A program made the position numbers and the translations under genes. A model generated the notes under the pieces. That model ran no database searches and was not told the origin of the DNA. It worked only from the letters and a program-made list of their open reading frames with translations. 32,000 nt of DNA from Candidatus Iainarchaeum sp. (GTDB lineage: Archaea > Iainarchaeota > Iainarchaeia > Iainarchaeales > JAZDEL01): contig JAZDEL010000009.1 of NCBI GenBank assembly GCA_043808785.1, positions 60,001 through 92,000 of the forward strand. Reading direction: 5' to 3'. This document shows, piece after piece, positions 22,339-29,884 of this stretch. Numbering within the stretch: the first letter of the stretch is position 1; each line of letters begins with the position of its first letter.

Positions 22339-22929
22339 ATGAAGCGCAATGAATACCTTTACCCTAACCTGCAGGCAAACGCTAACCGCGGGTTCCGGGA
22401 TGTGCTGAACCTGCAGGTTTACAGGAACACTTACCTGCAGGAAATGGCGCTGCTGTTTGTTTTGGGCGCTGCGGGCTTCCTTGTGCCCTTCCTGCTGAAC
22501 CATGTCCAGCTTTTTGTCGGGCCTGTTGTGAATGCAATGCTTGTCGCTTCCGCGCTTTTCCTGCGCGGGAAGAAGATTCTTCCCCTCGTGCTTATGCCCT
22601 CGCTCGGCGCGCTTGTGGGCGGCCTGATGTTCGGCGGCTTCACAATGTATCTTTTGTATATGGTTCCTTTCATCTGGGCGGGGAACCTGATAATGGTTTA
22701 CGCGGTTAAGTCCGTGCACCTGGGGAGGGGGATGAATTATTGGGCAAGCGCAGCAATTGCATCCGTTGCAAAGGCGCTTTTGCTCTTCTGCTCCGCGTTT
22801 GTGCTGTACTCATTCGGGCTTGTGCCTGTGCTCTTCCTCACTGCAATGGGCGCAATGCAGCTGTTCACCGCGCTTGCTGGAAGCATCATCGCATATCCTT
22901 TAAAGCACATCCGCAGAACACCTGCCTGA
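22339..22929 (+). CDS. polytopic membrane protein (5-6 TM), unknown function, first gene of the hydrogenase-containing unit
   Basis: The 196-aa ORF has hydrophobic helices throughout (LLFVLGAAGFLVPFLL, VGPVVNAMLVASALFL, LPLVLMPSLGALVGGLMFGGF, YLLYMVPFIWAGNLIMVYAV, AIASVAKALLLFCSAFVLY, VPVLFLTAMGAMQLFTALAG). Its stop lies 10 nt before the hydC start. Confidence 0.7.
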   Translation: MKRNEYLYPNLQANANRGFRDVLNLQVYRNTYLQEMALLFVLGAAGFLVPFLLNHVQLFVGPVVNAMLVASALFLRGKKILPLVLMPSLGALVGGLMFGGFTMYLLYMVPFIWAGNLIMVYAVKSVHLGRGMNYWASAAIASVAKALLLFCSAFVLYSFGLVPVLFLTAMGAMQLFTALAGSIIAYPLKHIRRTPA

Positions 22930-22939
22930 GGTGCGTTAA

Positions 22940-23398
22940 GTGCCTGCGGAATGGCTGAAAAAGGAAATCGATTTTTACAAAAACATGCGTTCGCCGCTGA
23001 TACCTTTGCTGCACGAAATCCGCAGGAAGGAGGGGCACCTTTCGCGCGAGAGCCTTGTTTTCATTTCCCGCGAGCTCGGCATACCGTTAAGCCACATATA
23101 TGAGGCAGCGACCTTTTACGCTGAATTCAACCTGAACCCCAAAGGAAAAAACGTCCTCAGGGTTTGCACAGGCACGACCTGCAATGTAAAGGGCGGGAGC
23201 TTCTGCCTGCGCTTCCTGGAGAGGGTTCTTGAAATAAAGCCTGGAGAAACGACCGATAACGGCAAGTTCACTCTTGAAACAGTCAACTGCTTCGGCGCAT
23301 GCAGTGCCGCGCCGGTTATTGAAATAAACGGCGTCCTGCACACAAAGATGGGTTTGCAGGAACTTAAGGAAATAATTTCAAAGATGGGGGCGAAGTGA
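22940..23398 (+). CDS. hydC: NuoE/HydC-type thioredoxin-like [2Fe-2S] subunit
   Basis: LIPLLHEIRRKEGHLS...ISRELGIPLSHIYEAATFYAEF is present. The cluster ligands are CTGTTC (C-x4-C) and CFGACSAAP (C-x3-C). The start is GTG. Confidence 0.9.
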   Translation: MPAEWLKKEIDFYKNMRSPLIPLLHEIRRKEGHLSRESLVFISRELGIPLSHIYEAATFYAEFNLNPKGKNVLRVCTGTTCNVKGGSFCLRFLERVLEIKPGETTDNGKFTLETVNCFGACSAAPVIEINGVLHTKMGLQELKEIISKMGAK

Positions 23399-25342
23399 AT
23401 GGGCAGGGGAAAAGCCGCAGGCGCGAGGGTTAAGCGCACAGCAAAAAAAATTACTAGGCGCGCCACGGGCGTAAAGCACGCAGCGGGGGCGAAGCACGCC
23501 CACAAGGCAAAACACCTGCGCAGCCATATCCGCATAGGCAGTTCGAAGCTCAGGCCGCGTGCCGGCGTTGGAAAAAAACGGGGGCAAATCCAGGTTTCAG
23601 TCGGCGCAGCAAGCTGCGGCATTTCCGCAGGCGCGCTTGCGGTTATTGCCGAGTTCGAGAAGCGGGGCGTGAAGCCGAAGCGCGTAGGGTGCATCGGCAT
23701 GTGCCACGCGGAACCGATTGTCGAGGTGAAATACGGCGATGGGGAGACGCTTGTTTTCGCGCATGCAAACCCTGCGGACGCGAGGAAAATCGCGCACGGC
23801 TTCGGCTTCCTTGAGAAGGGGAAGTTCATTGCGAAAAGGAAGGGCGGAAAAAAGGTTATCGGCGGGCATTACCTTGATGAACTGCCTTTTTTCAAACTTC
23901 AGGAGCGCAGGCTTACCTGGCGCTGCGGAAGGGTAAGCCCCGACAGCCTTGATGATTACCTTGCACACCGGGGTTTCACCGCGCTGCGCAAGGCGCTGAA
24001 AATGAAGCCCGAACGCATTGTTGCGGAGGTAAAGGATTCAAAACTCAGGGGCAGGGGCGGAGCCGCATTCCCCACTGGCCTGAAATGGGAGTTCATGCGA
24101 AAAAGCCCCGAAAAGGAGCGCTACCTGATATGCAATGCGGATGAAGGGGATCCTGGCGTGTTCTCAAACCGCATACTGTTTGAATCAGACCCTTTCGCGG
24201 TTATTGAGGGAATGGTTATCGCAGGTTACGCGCTGGAAGCCACAAAAGGCTTCATTTACATCCGCGCGGAGTACGGGAAATCCATAACCCACCTGAAGCA
24301 CGCGCTTGCGCTTGCAAGGGAAAACAACTTTTTGGGCAGGAAAATCCTCGGCTCGAAATTTTCATTTGACATAGAAATCCGCGAGGGCGCGGGCGCCTAT
24401 GTATGCGGCGAGGAAACCGCGTTAACGCGCAGCATTGAAGGGCTTTCAGGCAGGCCTGTGCCGAGGCCGCCTTTCCCGACCGAGAAAGGGCTCTGGGGAA
24501 AGCCCACGGTGATTCAGAACACGGAAACCCTTACAAATATCCCTTATATTGTGCTCAATGGTTCCGCATGGTTCGGGGAGAAGGGGGTTTCGCACTGCCC
24601 CGGCACGAAGATATTTTCAATAAGCGGTGATATAGCGCACACGGGATATGTGGAGGTCCCGCTCGGGGTTAAGTTAGGCCATCTGCTCGAGCTGCTTGGA
24701 ATTAAAACCCACGAACTGAAAGCCGTTCACCTCGGCGGCCCGAGCGGGGGCTGCCTGCCCATAGCCCTGCACAACACGACGCTCGATTACGATTCGTTGT
24801 GCAATGTGGGCGCTACGGTAGGTTCTGGCAGCATAATTTTCCTCGGAAAGAAGCGCAGCATACCCGAATTCGCGCACAAGTATGTCGGGTTCTTTGTTTC
24901 CGAATCCTGCGGCAAGTGCGTGCCCTGCAGGGAAGGGACGATGCGTTTGCTTGAAACCCTCGATAGGGTTCTTGCAGGCGGGGGAAAAATTTCTGATTTG
25001 AAGGAACTTGACGATTTGAGCGGGAGCATGAAGGATTCAGCGCTCTGCGGCCTCGGGCAGGCGGCGCCCAACGCACTGCAGAGCACGCTGAAATATTTCA
25101 GGGAGGAATACCTTGCGCACATAAGCGGCATGCCCTCGGTTGAAAGCCCGTTTTCCGAATTCATAATAAGCAAACCGCTCTGCAACGGCTGTGATTTGTG
25201 CGTGCGCGTCTGCCCCACTGACGCAATCACGGGCAGAAAGGGCGAGCTGCACGCGATAATCCGGGAGAAGTGCATATGGTGCGGGCACTGTGTGGAAGCG
25301 TGCCCTGTTAAGGCTATACATCTTGAGAGGGTGAAGGTTTGA
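23399..25342 (+). CDS. hydB: NuoF/HydB-type NAD(P)H-binding flavoprotein subunit with N-terminal thioredoxin-like domain and C-terminal 2x[4Fe-4S] ferredoxin domain
   Basis: The signatures are GRGGAAFPTGLKWEF, ICNADEGDPG, GAGAYVCGEETAL, SCGKCVPCREGT, CNGCDLCVRVCP and CIWCGHCVEACP. The ATG directly abuts the hydC stop (TGAATG). The first 62 residues form a Lys/Arg/Ala/His-rich extension. Confidence 0.93.
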   Translation: MGRGKAAGARVKRTAKKITRRATGVKHAAGAKHAHKAKHLRSHIRIGSSKLRPRAGVGKKRGQIQVSVGAASCGISAGALAVIAEFEKRGVKPKRVGCIGMCHAEPIVEVKYGDGETLVFAHANPADARKIAHGFGFLEKGKFIAKRKGGKKVIGGHYLDELPFFKLQERRLTWRCGRVSPDSLDDYLAHRGFTALRKALKMKPERIVAEVKDSKLRGRGGAAFPTGLKWEFMRKSPEKERYLICNADEGDPGVFSNRILFESDPFAVIEGMVIAGYALEATKGFIYIRAEYGKSITHLKHALALARENNFLGRKILGSKFSFDIEIREGAGAYVCGEETALTRSIEGLSGRPVPRPPFPTEKGLWGKPTVIQNTETLTNIPYIVLNGSAWFGEKGVSHCPGTKIFSISGDIAHTGYVEVPLGVKLGHLLELLGIKTHELKAVHLGGPSGGCLPIALHNTTLDYDSLCNVGATVGSGSIIFLGKKRSIPEFAHKYVGFFVSESCGKCVPCREGTMRLLETLDRVLAGGGKISDLKELDDLSGSMKDSALCGLGQAAPNALQSTLKYFREEYLAHISGMPSVESPFSEFIISKPLCNGCDLCVRVCPTDAITGRKGELHAIIREKCIWCGHCVEACPVKAIHLERVKV

Positions 25343-27135
25343 GTAAGGGCAAAAAGCGCGCCGCCGGTTCGGGCTTAAAAAATAAAATGCGCGCCAAGAG
25401 GGCGGCAGGCGGCGGAACAGTTGCAATAAAGGTCGACGGCAGGGAATATTCGGTTAAGCAGCAGTTCCTCCTCGAGGCGCTGAAGGGCATAGGCATAAAA
25501 GTGCCCGCCCTCTGCCATCACCCCGACCTTCCCGCGCTTTCAAACTGCCGCCTCTGTTTGGTCGAAGTGAACGGGCAGGTGAAAACCTCGTGCAACCAGC
25601 GCGTTTTCGGGGGCATGGATGTTGCCACCAGCAGCGCCCGTATCCTGCGGGAGCGGAGGACAAACCTCGAGCTTATCCTGGCAAACCACCCCTTCGAGTG
25701 CGAGGATTGCAGGAGCAACGGGAGGTGCGAACTGCAGGGGCTTGCGGAGGAATTCGGAATCAGCGGATTCAAGATAGCGGGAAAAAAGCGGAACCTGCCG
25801 AAGGACGAGAGCTCGAATGCAATCGTTTTCGACCCTAAAAAGTGCGTGCTCTGCGAGCGCTGCACCGCTGTCTGCGACAGGCAGAAGACAAGCATACTTT
25901 CCCTGATGAACCGCGGCTGGGAAACGATTGTTTCCCCTGTCGGCGGCGCGAAGCTTGCGGACACGCCCTGCGTTTCCTGCGGGAGGTGCACGCTGCACTG
26001 CCCCACAGGCGCGTTCTCGGAGCGCGATGAGGTTGAGGCGGTTCTTGCGGAACTCAACAACCCGAAAAAGAAGGTTGTTGTGCAGATTGCGCCGTCCATA
26101 CGCGTCAGCCTCGGGGAATATTTCGGGATGAAACCCGGAACAATCGCAACCAAAAAAATCGCGACAGCACTGAGGATGTGCGGCTTCGACGCCGTGATTG
26201 ACACCTCTCTCGGGGCGGACATCACGATTGTCGAGGAAGCCACGGAACTTGTGGAGCGCGTGAAAAGCGGGGCATGCCTGCCGCAGTTCACCTCGTGCTG
26301 CCCCGGCTGGGTTTATTATGCGGAATTTTTCCACCCCGAACTTACCGAGCACCTCTCCTCGGCAAAAAGCCCGCACATGATGCTCGGCGCAATAGTGAAA
26401 ACCCATTACGCACAGCAAACCAAAACAAACCCGAAGGACATTGTCGTTGTTTCGATAATGCCCTGCACGGCAAAAAAGGCGGAATCCGACCGCGTTGAAC
26501 ACAAAACGAACGGCATGCTTACAGTGGATTACGTGCTCACAACCCGCGAGGCCGCGAGGATGATGAAAATACTTGGGGTGGATTTGGCGGCGGCGGGGGA
26601 ATCCGGCTTCGACAGCCCGCTGGAAACAATCACGGGCGCGGGGGAAATATTTGCATCCACGGGCGGGGTAATGGAGGCGGCACTGCGCACAGCGCACTTT
26701 TACATTACGGGAAAGGAACTGCCGGATGCAAGGCTCGATTTCAGGGAAGTGAGGGGGCTTGAGGGGGTCAAAAAGGCGACGGTGAACCTCGGGGGGAAGA
26801 AACTGAATGTTGCCGTGGCGCACGGCCTCGAGAATGCGGAAAAACTGATTGAAGAGGTGCATAAAAACCCGGGATGTTTCGATTTCATCGAAATAATGGC
26901 CTGCCCGGGGGGATGTATAGGAGGGGGAGGGCAGCCTGTGCCGCACAGCATGGAAAAGGTCAGGGCACGCATGGAAGGGATATATGCCGCTGACAGGGGC
27001 GCTAAAATAAGGAGAAGCCACCAGAACCCCGCAATAAGGGAAATTTACAAAAAATTCCTGCACAAGCCGGGTTCGGAGAGGGCGCACAAGCTTTTGCACA
27101 CGCGGTATGTGAAGAGGGACAGGTTTAATCCCTAG
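25339..27135 (+). CDS. hydA: [FeFe]-hydrogenase catalytic subunit (NuoG-like N-terminal FeS domains plus H-cluster domain)
   Basis: The H-cluster motifs are TSCCPGW (26290-26310), MPCTAKKAE (26458-26484) and EIMACPGGCIGGGGQP (26890-26937). The N-terminal FeS motifs are C..C in CRLCLVEV, HPFECEDCRSNGRC, CVLCERCTAVC and CVSCGRCTLHCP. The start is either TTG 25339, overlapping the hydB stop, or ATG 25387. Confidence 0.95.
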   Translation: MSKGKKRAAGSGLKNKMRAKRAAGGGTVAIKVDGREYSVKQQFLLEALKGIGIKVPALCHHPDLPALSNCRLCLVEVNGQVKTSCNQRVFGGMDVATSSARILRERRTNLELILANHPFECEDCRSNGRCELQGLAEEFGISGFKIAGKKRNLPKDESSNAIVFDPKKCVLCERCTAVCDRQKTSILSLMNRGWETIVSPVGGAKLADTPCVSCGRCTLHCPTGAFSERDEVEAVLAELNNPKKKVVVQIAPSIRVSLGEYFGMKPGTIATKKIATALRMCGFDAVIDTSLGADITIVEEATELVERVKSGACLPQFTSCCPGWVYYAEFFHPELTEHLSSAKSPHMMLGAIVKTHYAQQTKTNPKDIVVVSIMPCTAKKAESDRVEHKTNGMLTVDYVLTTREAARMMKILGVDLAAAGESGFDSPLETITGAGEIFASTGGVMEAALRTAHFYITGKELPDARLDFREVRGLEGVKKATVNLGGKKLNVAVAHGLENAEKLIEEVHKNPGCFDFIEIMACPGGCIGGGGQPVPHSMEKVRARMEGIYAADRGAKIRRSHQNPAIREIYKKFLHKPGSERAHKLLHTRYVKRDRFNP

Positions 27136-27151
27136 TGCGGCGCAAAGAATA

Positions 27152-27159
27152 TTTTTTTT
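27152..27159 (+). terminator. oligo-T tract (T8) 17 nt after the hydA stop
   Basis: ATTTTTTTTA follows directly after the operon. Archaeal intrinsic termination typically uses such T-runs. Confidence 0.45.
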
Positions 27160-27199
27160 AGGGTTTTGGAAGTCAAAATTAAGTGAAGGATGTGCTGAA

Positions 27200-28348
27200 A
27201 TGAAAAAGAAGTCGATAAAGTTCGGATGCGACGGCTTGACTTTTGATAAGGAACTTACTCTCGAATATGTCAACAACGGCTTGGTTTTGCCCGTAGATTT
27301 TGCCCTGCCTGGCAAATGTTTGAACAGTTGTGTCTACTGCGGATATTATCAGGTAAATACGGAAGGCAAATTAAAAACCGATGAAATAAAAAATATCATC
27401 GGCCAACTTTCAGAACTTAAGGCAAAAAGTTTAAGGATTGTCGGCGAGGGCGAGCCATTCCTCAGGAAAGATATTCTTGAATTATTGGAGTACGCCCATT
27501 CCCGTGGCATTAAATCGGTAGTGTTCAGTTGCGGCGACGTTCTTGGCAATGACGAGCTGGCAAAAAAAATTCACGGCATTAGCGGGGAGCAGATAATCGG
27601 CAAACTTAAAGAACTGGGCGTGACAATCATCCTGAAATATGAAAAAGAATTTCAGGATGATATTTCCGGGCGCCAAGGATATTCTGCGATGAGAAATACT
27701 GCCCTTGCAAGATTGATTAAAGCGGGATTTAACAGGGAAAGCCCCACCCGCCTGGCTTTCGGCACGGTTATGACACGGTACAACAAAGAATACATTCCCA
27801 AGGTTTATGAATTTGCCCTGAGGCAGAACATTTTCCCTCTTTTGTGCCCCCTGATGCCTATAGGTAAAATGAGGGACAAAAAAGAAAGAGATAAGGTGAA
27901 ACTGAATGCCGAAGAGGTAAATGAGATAGCCGTGGAATTGCACAAGATTAATCACAGGTTCGGCATCCCGTATCGGGGCCCTTCGGATTTTCCCGGAACA
28001 ATCCCCTGCTTTATCGCAAAGTTCGGGATGTATCTTACAGATGTCGGTGATATTTACCCCTGCGTAGCCGAGGAAAAAATCGGCAATACGAGGGAAATGC
28101 AATTGAAAGATGCCTGGGAAATGCTGAAAGAATATAAAAAATCCCATTGGCCTGAAATGCGTTCCAGAGGGCAGTGTTATATGAAGAGAAAAATGGGGAT
28201 AATTCCTGCGGATTATGGTGAAGTTATAGATTCCAGGGTTAAAGAATATCTTGCGAAAAATCGGGGCGAATTTAATACTGCACGCAAGGAAAAACTTGGC
28301 GGCCAGGATTGGGACTATTTGGCGGAGCCGACAATTTTTCACTGCTAA
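27200..28348 (+). CDS. radical SAM enzyme with C-terminal Cys-containing (SPASM/twitch-like) extension, function unknown
   Basis: The C-x3-C-x2-C motif is GKCLNSCVYCGYY. A MoaA/PqqE-like LRIVGEGEPFLRKDILELLEYA follows. Later cysteines occur in TIPCFIAKFGMYLTDVGDIYPCVAEE and GQCYMK. The gene is clearly AT-richer than hydA (spot counts 24/60 G+C at 27201-27260 versus 34/60 at 26281-26340). Confidence 0.85.
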   Translation: MKKKSIKFGCDGLTFDKELTLEYVNNGLVLPVDFALPGKCLNSCVYCGYYQVNTEGKLKTDEIKNIIGQLSELKAKSLRIVGEGEPFLRKDILELLEYAHSRGIKSVVFSCGDVLGNDELAKKIHGISGEQIIGKLKELGVTIILKYEKEFQDDISGRQGYSAMRNTALARLIKAGFNRESPTRLAFGTVMTRYNKEYIPKVYEFALRQNIFPLLCPLMPIGKMRDKKERDKVKLNAEEVNEIAVELHKINHRFGIPYRGPSDFPGTIPCFIAKFGMYLTDVGDIYPCVAEEKIGNTREMQLKDAWEMLKEYKKSHWPEMRSRGQCYMKRKMGIIPADYGEVIDSRVKEYLAKNRGEFNTARKEKLGGQDWDYLAEPTIFHC

Positions 28349-28358
28349 AGAACAGCAC

Positions 28359-29720
28359 TCACGCCAGCAGCGTAAGTATATACGGCAGCGCAATCAGCGT
28401 CCCTATTGTTGCCCCAATGTTTGCGAACGCGGCAACAAGCAATATGCGCGTCACGCTGTTGTTTGCGAAATCTCCGTATGAGTTCAGGTTCCGCAAGCCT
28501 TCGAAGTCCTTGACCTTCGGGTTCCGCATCTTTGCTTCCATAGCGCCCGCGAACCAGCCCACTGCAAGAAGCGGGTGCAGGGTTGTGAAAGGCGCCGCAA
28601 CAAACGCGGTTATTATGCTGAACGGGTGGCCGCGCGCAATAAGCGTGCCCAACGCGGCGAGAGTGCCGTTTATCAGGAACCAGAAAAGAACAATGTTCAG
28701 GCTTGCCCCCGCGCCTTTTGTAACCAGCGCATATGCTATGAGCGCGAAGAAGAGCAGGGGCACTGAGTAAGCAATCAGCTGCAGCATGCCGAACCTTTTC
28801 TTGGGCAGTGCTTCCAAGTGCAGGGTATCGCGCGGTGCATCGAGGTATTTCACCACGCCCTCCATGTGCCCCGCCCCTACAACGGCAACAATTTTCTTCC
28901 CATGCATTGCAAGTATGCGGTTCGCGATATACAAATCCCTCTCGTCAACAAGCACGCGCTTCACGTTTGGCATCTCCTTCGAGAGCTGCTGCATGAGTTC
29001 GCTCATTATGTCGTGCTTTTTGAGTTCCTCGATTTTTTCGGGGGTAAGCATATCTTTTTCCGCCCCGAAAAATCCTGAAAATATCGAAACAAGCAACCTG
29101 GCCTTTTCCCCGAGGCTTGTGACATCCATCGCGCGCTTCAGCGTAACCCTCACATCCCTGTCTATGAGCGCGACAGGTATGCCGCACTCCTCCGCAATCT
29201 GCGCTGCCTGCAGCATCTCCTCCCCCGGCTTTATCCCGACTTTCTGCCCGAGCTGCCTCTGCAAATTGGCGAGCAGGAGGTTGATGAGGAAAAGATACGA
29301 CTGCCCGCTGCTTATCACATGCGCAATGTTTGTTTCGCCCCACCTTTCGCCGGATTTCAGCTGCGCATAGCGCTGCGCGTCAAGCTCGACTGCGACAGCA
29401 TCCGGATGCTCAGCCTCGATTGTCGAGCGCACAAGCGCGATGCTCTCCGCGGAAATATGCGCCGTGCCTATAATTATGATTTCCTTTCCCGCATATGAAA
29501 CGCGGTGCACGTTCTCGTGCACTGGTGCGGGAACACTGCGGGCATTTTCGTGCACGGATGCCGGAACCGCGTGGGTGTCCCCATATGCAGGAACCCCGCG
29601 AACCGAACCCGCGAAACCCGCGGGTTTTTTTGGTTTTCCTTTTTTTTGCGGGCTTGCCTTCCGCGCGCACGGAGCCGCGCGTGCGTTTTTGTTTTTTGTT
29701 TCGGCTTTCCCTGCGGGCAT
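28359..29720 (-). CDS. TraB/PrgY-family protein with C-terminal membrane domain and basic, repeat-containing N-terminal extension
   Basis: The TraB signature is KEIIIIGTAHISAESIALVRSTIEAEHPDAVAVELDAQRY ... VVGAGHMEGV. Four or five C-terminal TM helices follow. ATG 29720 sits about 27.5 nt downstream of a TTTAAATA box. An alternative in-frame GTG lies at residue 71. Confidence 0.88.
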   Translation of the reverse strand: MPAGKAETKNKNARAAPCARKASPQKKGKPKKPAGFAGSVRGVPAYGDTHAVPASVHENARSVPAPVHENVHRVSYAGKEIIIIGTAHISAESIALVRSTIEAEHPDAVAVELDAQRYAQLKSGERWGETNIAHVISSGQSYLFLINLLLANLQRQLGQKVGIKPGEEMLQAAQIAEECGIPVALIDRDVRVTLKRAMDVTSLGEKARLLVSIFSGFFGAEKDMLTPEKIEELKKHDIMSELMQQLSKEMPNVKRVLVDERDLYIANRILAMHGKKIVAVVGAGHMEGVVKYLDAPRDTLHLEALPKKRFGMLQLIAYSVPLLFFALIAYALVTKGAGASLNIVLFWFLINGTLAALGTLIARGHPFSIITAFVAAPFTTLHPLLAVGWFAGAMEAKMRNPKVKDFEGLRNLNSYGDFANNSVTRILLVAAFANIGATIGTLIALPYILTLLA

Positions 29721-29743
29721 GCTACTATAGTAAAATAAAGCCT

Positions 29744-29751
29744 ATTTAAAC
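29744..29751 (-). promoter_or_regulatory. TATA-box-like element (TTTAAATA on the minus strand) for the TraB-family gene
   Basis: The plus strand reads TATTTAAA. The centre is about 27.5 nt upstream of ATG 29720, with no Shine-Dalgarno. Confidence 0.45.
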
Positions 29752-29884
29752 CTCTTGCAATTGGTTAGGCGCACGGGCAGCAAAACCAAACCAATAAATA
29801 GAAGGAACGGGCAATAAAATAGGCGAAGCGGGCAATAGTTTGCGGCGATTTGCCGCAATTGCTTGCGGTTTTGTCGTGGTTTTT

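Noticed and set aside
25540-27315. A 591-aa minus-strand ORF, and a 257-aa ORF at 25518..26291, lie antisense to hydA.
   Set aside because: They overlap hydA, whose H-cluster motifs are unambiguous. The antisense translations are Arg/Pro/His/Cys-rich with no recognisable domain.
27200-28348. The radical SAM gene was considered as HydE or HydG.
   Set aside because: The C.N.C.YCG spacing is shared with HydE. However, the following GEGEPFLRKD strand and the C-terminal Cys pattern look like MoaA/PqqE/SPASM-type enzymes. The HydE LQSGED-type and HydG C-terminal CxxCx22C features are not visible, and the composition is foreign to the hyd operon.
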